From an uncultured Gammaproteobacteria bacterium (GTDB taxonomy: Bacteria; Pseudomonadota; Gammaproteobacteria; GCA-001735895): a stretch of DNA of 64,000 nucleotides. The DNA lies in contig CAWVZP010000001.1 in assembly GCA_963934675.1 (NCBI GenBank), forward strand, positions 105 to 64,104. Reading direction: 5' to 3'. The notes below the pieces were generated by a model. That model was not told the DNA's origin, made no database searches, and saw nothing but the letters and a program-made list of their open reading frames with translations. Positions 19,894 to 34,070 of this stretch are shown piece after piece (the first letter of the stretch is position 1; each line of letters opens with the position of its first letter). The position numbers and the translations under genes were made by a program.

Positions 19894-21216
19894 TTGATCA
19901 CAATTTGGCAACAGTGTATTTCTCGGTTAGAAGCTGAGATTAGTGAACAGCAATTAAATACCTGGATCTTGCCGCTTCAAGCTGAACAAGAATTAAGTGT
20001 TCTTAAGTTGTTAGCACCCAACCGATTTGTTATGGATTGGGTTCGTAAACATTTCCTTGAACGTATTAACGAGCTAGTGTCAGGATTGGACGATAGCAAA
20101 TCAATTTCTGTCAACCTATCCATAGGTTCACAAACCAAACCAATTAATTCCGTCAAAAGTACAGGTGCTAATCAACCCGTCAAAAAAGTAAACAAATCAT
20201 CGACATTTAGCGAAACTCAGCTTTTTAGTAATTTTGTAGAGGGCAAGTCTAATCAATTGGCTAGAGCAGCTTCTATTCAAATCAGCAGTACTCCTGGATC
20301 TGATTATAATCCTCTGTACATTTATGGCGGTGTCGGTCTCGGAAAAACCCATCTAATGCATGCTATTGGAAATCAAATAAGACAAAGAAACCCCGAAAGC
20401 AATATCTTGTATGTTAATTGTGAACGCTTTGTATCTGACATGGTTAAAGCACTTCAGCATAGTAAAATGAATGAGTTTAAAAACTATTATCGTAGTTTGG
20501 ATGCTCTGTTAGTTGACGACATTCAGTTTTTAGCCGATAAAAATCGTTCACAAGAAGAGTTTTTTCATACCTTTAATTCTTTATACGAATCAAAGGCTCA
20601 AATGGTTATAACCTGTGATCGTTTCCCAAAAGAAATTGAAGGCCTCGAAGATAGAATTAGATCTCGCCTGGGGTGGGGTTTAGCGGTTGATATAAAACCA
20701 GCTGATCTTGAAACCAGAGTTGCCATACTCAACAGTAAAGCAGAGCAAGCCAACGTTTCTGTACCAGATGATGTTGCTTTTTTTATTGCCGAGCGTTTTA
20801 AGTCAAATATAAGAGAGTTAGAAGGTGCGCTTAAAAGAGTTATTGCACACGCTCATTTTACTGGGCAACGTATAACCCAAGATTTTGCTCGCCAAGCTTT
20901 GAAGGAACTTTTAGCCGTACAAGACAAACCAGTCACTATTGAAAAAATTCAAAAACAAGTTGCCGCTTATTACAAAATACGGGTTACTGACTTACTTTCT
21001 AGCAGAAGAACTCGTTCAATTACTCGACCCCGTCAATTAGCAATGAGTATAACTAAAGAATTAACCCGTCATAGTCTTCCCGAAATAGGCGGTGCTTTTG
21101 GTGGGCGTGATCATACGACGGTATTACATGCCTGTAGGAAAATTGTTGAATTACGTAATGTAGACAACCTGCTTGATGAAGATTATGAAAATATTGTTAG
21201 GCTTCTAACCAACTAA
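19894..21216 (+). CDS. dnaA: Chromosomal replication initiator DnaA
   Basis: N-terminus WQQCISRLEAEIS..NTWILPLQAE, AAA+ Walker A GGVGLGKTHL, Walker B LLVDDIQF, sensor and DnaA-box binding domain (..TDLLSSRRTRSITRPRQLAMSI..). The TTG start is as in the ORF track. Confidence 0.95.
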   Translation: MITIWQQCISRLEAEISEQQLNTWILPLQAEQELSVLKLLAPNRFVMDWVRKHFLERINELVSGLDDSKSISVNLSIGSQTKPINSVKSTGANQPVKKVNKSSTFSETQLFSNFVEGKSNQLARAASIQISSTPGSDYNPLYIYGGVGLGKTHLMHAIGNQIRQRNPESNILYVNCERFVSDMVKALQHSKMNEFKNYYRSLDALLVDDIQFLADKNRSQEEFFHTFNSLYESKAQMVITCDRFPKEIEGLEDRIRSRLGWGLAVDIKPADLETRVAILNSKAEQANVSVPDDVAFFIAERFKSNIRELEGALKRVIAHAHFTGQRITQDFARQALKELLAVQDKPVTIEKIQKQVAAYYKIRVTDLLSSRRTRSITRPRQLAMSITKELTRHSLPEIGGAFGGRDHTTVLHACRKIVELRNVDNLLDEDYENIVRLLTN

Positions 21217-21258
21217 TTTTTATGTTTTGAAATTTGCTAGAAAACTCAAAAATATTAT

Positions 21259-21457
21259 ATTTAAATTATAAACTTGTTACTTAGTTGTGGATAAGATTTG
21301 TAAAAAGACTTTCTAAAAGTTTTTTACCATTTTATTCACAATTTGTGCATAAATTTTAGACAGTTTTACTGAACTTTTTATCTTTATAAGCACCTGTTTT
21401 AATTAAATTTTCTTTTATTATATACAGATTTGGTAGTTCCTAATAACAGTAATAAAT
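21259..21457 (+). repeat. Tandem repeat unit 1 (conserved ~200-bp core) in the dnaA-dnaN spacer; carries two DnaA boxes
   Basis: TGTGGATAA at 21286-21294 and TTATTCACA at 21332-21340, then ttttagacag .. tatacagat .. agttcctaataacagtaataaat. This aligns to unit 2 at an offset of +431 bp. Confidence 0.7.
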
Positions 21458-21689
21458 GTTTTATAATAAAACTTATTGTTTTATGTCTACTTCCGACCTT
21501 TCAACTTAACCGTTAAAAATTTTTATTTAGAAATCATTAAATTTAGCTTTATATTTTTTACTCATTTTTAAAAAACCCCTTTAAATTCTCCATAATTGTC
21601 AAATATTTCTAACAAGTAATCTATGAATTAAGTCGGAACTTGATCCTTTTGTTACTGGGTCTATATTCCGGCTTATGTATATTTTTGTT

Positions 21690-21888
21690 ATTTAAATTAT
21701 AAACCTGTGCTTTACTTGTGGATAAGTCCTACAAAATATTTTTTAAATGTTTTTTTACAGATTTATTCACAATTTGTGCATAAATTTTAGACAGTTTTAA
21801 TATGTATTAAATTTTTATAAGTTTCTGTTTTAATTAGTTTTTATGATTTTATATACAGATAATGTAGTTCCTAATAACAGTAATAAAT
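21690..21888 (+). repeat. Tandem repeat unit 2 in the dnaA-dnaN spacer; two DnaA boxes
   Basis: TGTGGATAA at 21717-21725 and TTATTCACA at 21763-21771, with the same downstream conserved blocks as unit 1. Confidence 0.7.
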
Positions 21889-22109
21889 ATCTTATATAAA
21901 AAAAAATTGTTATATGTAAGATTTAACGTTTGAATTTAATTGCTAAAAATCGTACTTTTTAGAATTAAATCCTTCTAAAAGTTATTATTAATTGCCAACC
22001 CCTTTGTTTTTAGTATCACTTAAATACTAAAGTTTATTTTACCGGTAAGTTATTGTATTAATTGGCAGCCTAACCTCTGAGATACTAGGTCTGGACTCAA
22101 ATCCATGTT

Positions 22110-22317
22110 ATTTTAATAATAAAATTGTTGCTTACTTGTGGATAAGATTTGAATAATTTTTTTTGTTCTCTTTTTTACTTTCTTATTCACAATCTATGCA
22201 TATTTTTTAGACAGTATGCTAGCTTATTTATTTTATTTAAGTATTTGATATTATTCAACTTATTCTACTTTTATACAAATAACACAGTTACTAATAACAA
22301 CAGTAAGTAATATATAA
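22110..22317 (+). repeat. Tandem repeat unit 3; it ends directly at the dnaN start codon and carries two DnaA boxes
   Basis: TGTGGATAA at 22137-22145 and TTATTCACA at 22183-22191. The terminal block ..cagttactaataacaacagtaagtaatatataa is followed by ATG of dnaN at 22318, so the repeated unit corresponds to the dnaN upstream region. Confidence 0.7.
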
Positions 22318-23421
22318 ATGAAAACTATTATTAAAAGAGATGAACTACTGAAAGCCCTACAAAATGTAATAGGTGCAGTCGAAAGAAGACAAACCTTACC
22401 AATACTAGGAAATATTCTTTTTCGGGCCTCTGAAGGTGTTTTGTCTTTAACTGCAACAGATCTCGAAATAGAAATTGTTTGTATTGTTGGATCTGAGGAG
22501 GATATTCAAGATTTTCAGACAACAATACCTGCGCGGAAGATATTTGATATATGTAAGGCTTTAGGCGATGGTTCAGATATCAAGCTAACCATTGAGGAAA
22601 ACAAGGTAATTATTGTTTCTGAACGTAGTCAATTTACGTTAGCAACTTTACCTGCTAAGGATTTTCCAGGTCTAGATGATATAGAAGCACAACAAGAATT
22701 TTCAATTCCTCAGAATGCTCTCAAGTCTTTAATTGATAAAACTTCATTTGCCATGGCACAGCAAGATGTTAGATATTATCTTAATGGACTACTTGTAGAA
22801 TTATCTAAAGGTTTACTTAAACTTGTTGCAACGGATGGTCATCGTTTGGCTCTTAGTGAATATGAAGTTGATATTGATTTAGAGTTTGATAAACAGATTA
22901 TCATTCCTAGAAAAGGCGTAATGGAATTAGCGAGGTTTTTAGATAGCACCGATACACCAGTAAAGTTAATATTAAGTCAAAATCACATTAGAGTAGAAAC
23001 TGACAAGTTGTCTTTTATATCTAAACTTATTGATGGGAAGTTCCCAGATTATAATAGAGTAATTCCAATTGATGGTAATAAGTTAATGACTGTCAATAGA
23101 GAACTATTAAAAAAAGCATTAACTCGAATATCTATACTTTCTAACGAGAAATACCGCGGCATTCGTTTAACACTTGCTACAGGTAACTTGGCTATTCAGG
23201 CTAATAATCCAGATCAAGAAGAAGCAGAAGAAGAACTGTCAGTTGATTATGATGAGGCAGAAATTGAAATAGGGTTCAACGTTACTTATATTATTGATAT
23301 ATTAAATGTTCTTACTTCAGAAAATGTACAAGTTAAGCTTAAAGACTCTAACAGCAGTTGTATTGTTAGTAATGTGAGCGATCCCACCAGTTTGTATGTT
23401 GTTATGCCAATGCGGTTATAA
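22318..23421 (+). CDS. dnaN: DNA polymerase III beta sliding clamp
   Basis: 367 aa. Collinear with E. coli DnaN (..TLPILGN..LTATDLE.., RFPDY.RV, NNPDQEEAEE, VVMPMRL C-terminus). Confidence 0.95.
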   Translation: MKTIIKRDELLKALQNVIGAVERRQTLPILGNILFRASEGVLSLTATDLEIEIVCIVGSEEDIQDFQTTIPARKIFDICKALGDGSDIKLTIEENKVIIVSERSQFTLATLPAKDFPGLDDIEAQQEFSIPQNALKSLIDKTSFAMAQQDVRYYLNGLLVELSKGLLKLVATDGHRLALSEYEVDIDLEFDKQIIIPRKGVMELARFLDSTDTPVKLILSQNHIRVETDKLSFISKLIDGKFPDYNRVIPIDGNKLMTVNRELLKKALTRISILSNEKYRGIRLTLATGNLAIQANNPDQEEAEEELSVDYDEAEIEIGFNVTYIIDILNVLTSENVQVKLKDSNSSCIVSNVSDPTSLYVVMPMRL

Positions 23422-23448
23422 ATTCTTTGGTAAATATCAAAGTGAATT

Positions 23449-26930
<3,482 letters not shown>

Positions 26931-27927
26931 ATAGTATATTACTTAACTATTTGATTAATAAAGGTTTATTAAATATTAAACACTATGTGAATAGGGGGTT
27001 TAAGAGTTAATTGCCAAGATTTTTTAGTTTATTAATACTTTATTCAGACTTTATTGAGTGAATATTTATATTCAGTTGATAGAATAGAACAACTGTACAA
27101 AAAAGTTTGGCGAATTTTTTTCAGAATAAAAACACGATGGAATTTCTAAACTGTTTTATCGTGTTTAAACTTTTTGAATTTAATATTCAGAAATAAATTC
27201 ACTCGAATTTACAGTGAACAAAGAAATTGAGATAAATAAACTCAACCTAAATTACTACACCTGTGCTGTGTTAGTAATGATATTTTTTTATAGGCTTAAT
27301 TTTAATTTTGTCCAGATCGCTATCAAAGAAATTATAGATTTAAAGGATATAGCTACTGTCAATTTTCATTGAGAACCATAATGTTATTGGAGTTGCCTAC
27401 GTGTTTCCAATACATCATGAGTAAAATATTATTATTAAAGAACAGTTACAGTTGATTCGACAAGTGGTCAAAAGCCAAGATTTTAGTATTAATAAATTTC
27501 AAAATAATTTCGTGTGTTTACAATTTAAATCAACGAGAAATAAGTCCTTTCTACTGTCTATAAATACCGAAGAATAACACCTAGTTTCAGCGAACTTATC
27601 TACAGACATCTCATCGAATAATTGTTATTTTTTTGATAATTCATCATTACTGTACCAATGTCATTGTAAATAACGATCGTGAGCTTTGAAAATGTGTTTT
27701 CTATCACATTTATGTATTTTTCTGTGATATTTCATCAAAATAATCAATATGAATATGATGCATAATTTATCAGCTAAATTAAACTACTGCTCTGGTAAGA
27801 AAAACAAAGATTCATATAAATCGCCTTATAAAGTCAATTGACAACCTGTAGACTGAGCCATTACAAAAAATTAACAATAACATATGAATGGTGCATATTC
27901 ATTAAAGCGGGTATCTAGAGATTCCAA

Positions 27928-29967
27928 TTGAATAAATTTATAAAACTCAATGAGCAATTACCAGAATTTAGCTTAATAGCTTCAAGCTCAATAAAAAAAA
28001 GTGTTGAGGCTATTCTTAAAAGCAATAGAGAAACGATTAATCAGTTAATAGCTCAAGATGAAATAACTTGGGATAACTTTGTGATGCCTCTATCACTGCT
28101 TGAGGATACCTTAAGTAAAGAATGGTCGCCCGTGCGTCACCTTAACTCCGTTAAAAGCAGCGAAACACTACGAGAAACCTATAACAACTGTTTGCCTCTG
28201 TTGAGTGATTACGCAACTGAAATGAGCCAGAACAAAGCGTTGTATAAGGGCTTTCTTAAGATTGCAGAATCAAGTGATTTTGATCAGTTAAATATTGCTC
28301 AAAAAAAGACCATTAAAGATACGTTAAAACACTTCAAACTAGGTGGCGTAGACCTTGAAGGTAAAAACAGAGAACGCTATCAAAAATTACAAACTGAGCT
28401 ATCTGAATTACAGTCTATTTATGAAAATAATCTATTAGATGCAACTCAATCTTGGGAGCAATTAATTGACGATGAACAATCGCTGGCTGGCCTTCCAGAT
28501 TATGCAAAGAAAATGCTGGAGCAATTGGCGCAGCAAAAAGAATTGAGTGGTTATCGAGTTACTCTGGATATGCCTTGTTATATCTCGGTAATTTCCTATG
28601 CGGATAACAGAGCGTTACGTCAGCAAATATATGAAGCGTTTACTAGTCGTGCCTCTGATGTAGGCATAACAGATAAAAAGTTTGATAATGCACAAATAAT
28701 GGAAAATATTCTGGTTAAAAGGCAGGAGAAGTCCATTTTGCTTGGTTTCCTTAACTACGCAGACTATTCGTTAGAAACTAAAATGGCAGGCTCAACTGAA
28801 CAAGTTATTGTGTTCTTAAATGACTTAGCGCAACGATCTAAACTAGCCGCAATAGCTGAAGTAAAAGAACGCCAAGAATTCGCTCAATCTCTTGGATTCG
28901 ATGGTGACTTACAACCATGGGATTTTACTTATTATGGTGAAAAACTAAAGCAACACAGGTATCAAATTTCTGAACAAGATCTAAAACCTTACTTTCCTGA
29001 CGAGAGTGTCATATCGGGCCTTTTCGCAATAGTAAACAAACTTTACAACATTAGTATTGAACAAATAGAAGAGGGCATAGATCTTTGGCACCCATCCGTA
29101 CGTTTCTACCAAATTAAAGATAATGAAGATAATGTTATTGGTCAATTTTACCTCGACTTGTATGCGCGAGAAAATAAACGGGGTGGGGCCTGGATGGATG
29201 AATGTATCAATCGACATAAAATTGCTGGTCAAACTCAAATTCCAGTCGCTTATTTAACCTGCAATTTAACACCTCCGATTGGCAATGAACCGGCGCTTTT
29301 CACACACGATGAGGTTATAACTCTGTTTCATGAATTTGGTCACGGCCTGCATCATTTGTTAACCAAAATTGATGTTCCGGATGTCGCTGGAATTAATGGC
29401 GTTGAATGGGATGCGGTAGAACTTCCTAGTCAATTTATGGAAAACTATTGTTGGCAAAAAGACGCGCTTAAACTATTTGCAAAACATTATCAGACAGGTG
29501 AAGCTTTACCTGATGATCTATTCGATAAAATGACATCAGCTAAGAATTTTCAAACAGCGTTACAAATGCTGAGGCAAATCGAGTTTTCACTTTTTGACAT
29601 TAAGCTCCATCAAAGTCAAAATTTAAAATACGCATCAGAAATACAATCTATACTTGATCAAGTTCGAAACGAAGTCTCTGTAGTTCATACGCCATCCAGT
29701 AATAAATTTCAAAATGGATTTTCGCATATTTTTGCGGGTGGCTATGCGGCTGGATACTATAGTTATAAATGGGCAGAAGTTTTGTCAGCCGATGCATTCG
29801 ACGCCTTTGAAGAGGAAGGTATTTTTAATAAAGAAACTGGTCAACGTTTTTTAACCTGTATTCTTGAAAAAGGTGGCTCGAGACCTGCAATTGAATCGTT
29901 TCGATGTTTTCGGGGTAGAGAACCTAATATAGATGCCTTACTCCGTCACAGTGGGATTACATCTTAA
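27928..29967 (+). CDS. prlC: Oligopeptidase A (M3 family zinc metallopeptidase)
   Basis: 679 aa with HEFGH zinc-binding motif (HEFGHGLHH) and M3A-family collinearity. The start codon is uncertain; it is TTG in the ORF track. Confidence 0.85.
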   Translation: MNKFIKLNEQLPEFSLIASSSIKKSVEAILKSNRETINQLIAQDEITWDNFVMPLSLLEDTLSKEWSPVRHLNSVKSSETLRETYNNCLPLLSDYATEMSQNKALYKGFLKIAESSDFDQLNIAQKKTIKDTLKHFKLGGVDLEGKNRERYQKLQTELSELQSIYENNLLDATQSWEQLIDDEQSLAGLPDYAKKMLEQLAQQKELSGYRVTLDMPCYISVISYADNRALRQQIYEAFTSRASDVGITDKKFDNAQIMENILVKRQEKSILLGFLNYADYSLETKMAGSTEQVIVFLNDLAQRSKLAAIAEVKERQEFAQSLGFDGDLQPWDFTYYGEKLKQHRYQISEQDLKPYFPDESVISGLFAIVNKLYNISIEQIEEGIDLWHPSVRFYQIKDNEDNVIGQFYLDLYARENKRGGAWMDECINRHKIAGQTQIPVAYLTCNLTPPIGNEPALFTHDEVITLFHEFGHGLHHLLTKIDVPDVAGINGVEWDAVELPSQFMENYCWQKDALKLFAKHYQTGEALPDDLFDKMTSAKNFQTALQMLRQIEFSLFDIKLHQSQNLKYASEIQSILDQVRNEVSVVHTPSSNKFQNGFSHIFAGGYAAGYYSYKWAEVLSADAFDAFEEEGIFNKETGQRFLTCILEKGGSRPAIESFRCFRGREPNIDALLRHSGITS

Positions 29968-29973
29968 ATAACT

Positions 29974-30645
29974 ATGATTAAGAACCTATTTAAATTTCTA
30001 GCTTTATTAATAATAACTTTGGGTGTTGGAGCGCAGGAAGGCAAAGAAGTTGAAATTTTATACGTGACTGACCAGTTGAGCCTATCACTATACGAAATCG
30101 ATGATCAAAGAAGTAAGGTTTTACAATATCTAGACTCCGGAAATAAGCTAGAGGTTAGCGAGAATTCAGGCAATTATGCCCACGTCACAACTGAAAATGG
30201 TAACAAGGGCTGGGTTAAAAGTGCCTATTTAGTATCAGAATTACCTACTATATTATTATTCAAACAAGAAAAAGAAAAAACCAAAGCACTGATTCAAGAA
30301 CTCAACAAATTAGCCAATAGCAGTCAAATCATAAACCAGTACGAAAAGGATATGGATGCTTTAACGGATCAGTTAGATGCTATGACGAAAGCAAAGAAAG
30401 GTGTTCAAACAGTAATAGACAATATAAGACAACAACAGATCGAAAATCAAAAAAAATCTGATTTAGTGGTAGAAGCTACCCAACATGAGGCCGATCCATT
30501 GGAACTTTTGATGAAAATTATACCCGGCTATTGGCGTTACCTGATACCCATTTGCTTTGGTTTTATTTTGATTGGTTTTATTATCGCCAAGCAGTTACTA
30601 CAGGCTCGTATGAAAAAGAAATTCCAGGGCATCAAGGTTTGGTAA
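29974..30645 (+). CDS. SH3-domain membrane-anchored protein (YgiM-like): signal peptide, SH3b, coiled coil, C-terminal TM
   Basis: N-terminal signal sequence, an SH3b-like segment (..GNYAHVTTENGNKGWVKSAYL..), a long Q/K-rich coiled coil and a C-terminal hydrophobic helix followed by a basic tail. Confidence 0.6.
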   Translation: MIKNLFKFLALLIITLGVGAQEGKEVEILYVTDQLSLSLYEIDDQRSKVLQYLDSGNKLEVSENSGNYAHVTTENGNKGWVKSAYLVSELPTILLFKQEKEKTKALIQELNKLANSSQIINQYEKDMDALTDQLDAMTKAKKGVQTVIDNIRQQQIENQKKSDLVVEATQHEADPLELLMKIIPGYWRYLIPICFGFILIGFIIAKQLLQARMKKKFQGIKVW

Positions 30646-30701
30646 CTAGTTTTAGTTATTAGCAAATCATGTCCAACTAAAATTTAGCGAACTAAAGAAC
30701 T

Positions 30702-32168
30702 ATGCAATACAAAGATTTAAGAGAGTTTATACACCAGCTTGAAAAAGATGGTGATCTAAAAAGAATTAGTCAAAAAATTGACCCTAATCTTGAAATAACT
30801 GAAATAAGCGATCGAACATTACGTCAAAAGGGTCCTGCACTGTTATTTGAAAAAGCAGGTGATAGCGCAATCCCACTTTTATCAAATCTGTTCGGAACCG
30901 AACAACGCGTAGCTAAAGCAATGGGTGAAAGTCAAGTTACTGCCTTACGTGATGTTGGCAAGTTGTTAGCGTTCTTAAAAGAACCTGAACCACCTAAGGG
31001 TTTCATCGACGCAGTCAAATCGCTACCCATTTATCGAAAAATTCTTGATATGTCACCAAAAGTAGTTAGAAATCCTCTTTGCCAACAAATTCAAATGACA
31101 GGGAGTGATGTTGACTTATCAATGTTACCGATTCAAACCTGTTGGCCAGGTGATGCTGGACCATTAATAACCTGGGGATTAGTCATTACCAAAGGACCGA
31201 CTAAACAACGTCAAAATATGGGTATCTATCGTCAGCAGGTTATTGCCAAAAACAGAGTAATTATGCGTTGGTTGTCCCACCGAGGAGGGGCGCTAGATTA
31301 CAAAGAGTGGGTAGAACAAAAAGGTGATGAGCCATTTCCAGTATCGGTTACTTTAGGTTGTGATCCTGCCACTATTCTTGCCGCTGTTACCCCAGTGCCC
31401 GATACACTGTCAGAATATGCATTTGCCGGCTTGTTAAGAGGCAGTAAAACTGAAGTAGCTAAATCACTCAGTTCTGACTTGCAAGTACCCGCTAGAGCCG
31501 AAATAATACTAGAGGGTTTTATTTACCCAGATGATAGGGCAGATGAGGGTCCTTTTGGGGACCACACTGGTTATTACAACGAAATAGACAGCTTTCCTGT
31601 TTTCACCATCGAAACCATGACTATGCGTAAAGATCCAATTTATCACAGTACCTACACGGGGCGTCCACCAGATGAACCAGCGATTCTCGGTTTAGCGTTA
31701 AACGAAGTGTTTATTCCAATACTTCAAAAGCAGTATCCAGAGATTACCGACTTTTTTCTACCATCCGAAGGCTGTTCCTACCGAGTAGCAATCGTTAGCA
31801 TGAAGAAACAATACCCCGGTCACGCCAAACGAGTCATGATGGGTGTTTGGTCGTTTCTTCGTCAATTTATGTACACTAAATTTGTTATTGTCGTTGATGA
31901 TGATATCGATCCTCGTCAATGGGAAGATGTAATTTGGGCAATATCGACTCGGGTAGACCCAGCCAGAGATCTAACAATTGTAGAGAATACGCCAATAGAT
32001 TACCTTGATTTTGCATCGCCAGTGTCGGGACTTGGTTCTAAAATGGGACTCGATGCGACAAACAAACTGCCAGGTGAAACAACAAGAGAATGGGGCACTC
32101 CAATCACTATGGATCAAGCGGTCAAAGATAAAATTGATTCAATCTGGTCTGAACTAGGTATTGACTGA
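30702..32168 (+). CDS. ubiD: 4-hydroxy-3-polyprenylbenzoate decarboxylase UbiD
   Basis: 488 aa. Near-collinear identity with E. coli UbiD across the whole length (..[16 protein letters not shown].., ..[15 protein letters not shown].., ..GLDATNK..). Confidence 0.9.
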   Translation: MQYKDLREFIHQLEKDGDLKRISQKIDPNLEITEISDRTLRQKGPALLFEKAGDSAIPLLSNLFGTEQRVAKAMGESQVTALRDVGKLLAFLKEPEPPKGFIDAVKSLPIYRKILDMSPKVVRNPLCQQIQMTGSDVDLSMLPIQTCWPGDAGPLITWGLVITKGPTKQRQNMGIYRQQVIAKNRVIMRWLSHRGGALDYKEWVEQKGDEPFPVSVTLGCDPATILAAVTPVPDTLSEYAFAGLLRGSKTEVAKSLSSDLQVPARAEIILEGFIYPDDRADEGPFGDHTGYYNEIDSFPVFTIETMTMRKDPIYHSTYTGRPPDEPAILGLALNEVFIPILQKQYPEITDFFLPSEGCSYRVAIVSMKKQYPGHAKRVMMGVWSFLRQFMYTKFVIVVDDDIDPRQWEDVIWAISTRVDPARDLTIVENTPIDYLDFASPVSGLGSKMGLDATNKLPGETTREWGTPITMDQAVKDKIDSIWSELGID

Positions 32169-32230
32169 CCCAATTAATTAGTTCAAATCAATTAATAAAA
32201 TGAAATTTAAGTAATTACGGTAAATTAAAC

Positions 32231-33397
32231 ATGACCAAACTAGATAACGCTCTAATTTCAGAAATGCCAGGATGGCGACAGCAGTTACACAGTCAACCCG
32301 AAACTGGTTTTGATGTCCATCAAACAGCTGAGTTTGTAGCTAATCTACTCGAATCATTCGGACTTGAAGTCCATACTGGTATTGGTCAAACAGGTATTGT
32401 TGGGGTATTGCGAAATGGCACATCTAATCTCGCCATTGGATTAAGAGCTGACATGGATGCCTTACAAATTCAGGAAATGAATACGTTTGACTATCGCTCA
32501 AAACATGATGGAAAAATGCATGCTTGTGGTCATGATGGACATTCCACTATGTTATTAGGTGCGGCAAAACATCTATCCAAAAATAGAAATTTTAATGGCA
32601 CCATTTATTTCATATTCCAACCAAACGAAGAGCATGGCCTCGGAGCACAAGCAATGATAGATGACGGCTTGTTTGAGCGATTCCCAATGCAATCAGTGTT
32701 TGGGATTCATAATATGCCAGGTATGGAGGCTGGTCACTTCTCGATGCGCAGCGGGCCAGTGATGGCAAGTGAAGATAATTTTGTTATTACGATAAAAGGA
32801 CGAGGTGGTCATGCCTCACAACCACATCATCATATAGACCCATTGGTAATAGGAGCAGAAATTATACTGGCACTGCAAACTATCGTTTCAAGGACTATCA
32901 ACCCAGATCAACAAGCGGTAGTGTCTGTTACTGAAATTGATACTGATGGCGCAGTTAATGTGATACCCAGCAATGTCGTTATTAAGGGTGATTGTCGTTG
33001 TTTTGGTGACGAAGTGCGTGGCCAAATTGAAAAGCAAATGGCGCAATTGGTTAAAGGTATCTGCAGTGCGCATGGTGCAGAACATGACTTTGATTATATT
33101 CGTCTCTTTCACTCAACGATTAACGACGAAGAACAAACAAAGGCTGCCTACCAAGCGGCAGTCACATCCGTTGGTGAAAGTAGTGTTGAATACAATTGTA
33201 AACCACTCACCATATCAGAGGATTTCTCGAGCATGTTAAGAGTGAAGGCTGGTTGCTATATATTTATAGGAAATGGAATCGATAGCGTCGGTGGTTGTAT
33301 GTTGCACAATCCTAATTACGATTTCAATGACGACATATCGGCAACAGGAGTTAAGTACTGGTCAACACTGGTGGAACAGAAGTTACCGGTACTATGA
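32231..33397 (+). CDS. M20D family amidohydrolase (hippurate hydrolase / N-acyl-amino acid amidohydrolase-like)
   Basis: M20 metal-ligand pattern (HACGHDGH, ..FQPNEE.., H..ID) and the dimerisation-domain layout of the ILR1/HipO/AbgB subfamily. Confidence 0.75.
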   Translation: MTKLDNALISEMPGWRQQLHSQPETGFDVHQTAEFVANLLESFGLEVHTGIGQTGIVGVLRNGTSNLAIGLRADMDALQIQEMNTFDYRSKHDGKMHACGHDGHSTMLLGAAKHLSKNRNFNGTIYFIFQPNEEHGLGAQAMIDDGLFERFPMQSVFGIHNMPGMEAGHFSMRSGPVMASEDNFVITIKGRGGHASQPHHHIDPLVIGAEIILALQTIVSRTINPDQQAVVSVTEIDTDGAVNVIPSNVVIKGDCRCFGDEVRGQIEKQMAQLVKGICSAHGAEHDFDYIRLFHSTINDEEQTKAAYQAAVTSVGESSVEYNCKPLTISEDFSSMLRVKAGCYIFIGNGIDSVGGCMLHNPNYDFNDDISATGVKYWSTLVEQKLPVL

Positions 33398-33995
33398 TAA
33401 AACCTGTTCGAATATAAGAGAACATGGCGTTGTGAAGCGTTAACGTTGATTGTAAAAGGTATTGGTCAAATCGCAATTGAAAACAATTAAAAGTCAGCAT
33501 TGGTGGGAAGCACTTTAGGCTCATTAATTAACATGTCACGCATCAGTGACATTACGCCAATCGTATTAAACTTAAGTATTATTAAGTGCTCAGAAGAATT
33601 ATAGTTGACTCGATATTCAAGCGAAAATGCTACCTCAACGAGATTAGTAGTAAGCAATAGTGTGAAGAATATTAAAATTTGAAATAGTGTTGGTAATATT
33701 TTTAGCTGTTTAACTTAAAACAGCAGAATTACTTGAAAAGATCATAAAAAATTCTTAAGTCACAGAACACTTACTTTTTAAAAAATTGCATCACAATACC
33801 AAATTACCGAACTTCAATTAGGGTAATGAAAAAGTGATAAGGCGCTTTTGTGGTTTGATCAATTTTCACTGACTTAAACTTTGTTTTGATCGTACTTTTT
33901 TGATAGCGAAGATAGCCGATTAACCTCAGGAAATGATTGTTGAACTTCCAATTAAAAATCAGGCCGCTGTACTTAAGTGTTTATGACCGGGTGTC

Positions 33996-34023
33996 ACGGC
34001 GAAAGAAATTCACGCCGTTTTTA
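33996..34023 (+). terminator. Terminator-like hairpin (acggcg-N11-cgccg followed by TTTTT) in a 670-bp ORF-free region
   Basis: 6-bp GC-rich stem with an 11-nt loop and a 5-T run. It lies ~50 bp upstream of the annotated start of the next ORF. No upstream ORF explains it. Confidence 0.35.
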
Positions 34024-34070
34024 TATAAGTGACTTAAGGCGTAAGTTATTACTATCCATCTATTGTTGTC

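Noticed and set aside
21455-21510. A 17-codon ATG-initiated mini-ORF (MFYNKTYCFMSTSDLST) where repeat unit 1 would have had the dnaN start.
   Set aside because: It is not conserved in unit 2. It is most simply a decayed remnant of the duplicated dnaN start region, not a leader peptide.
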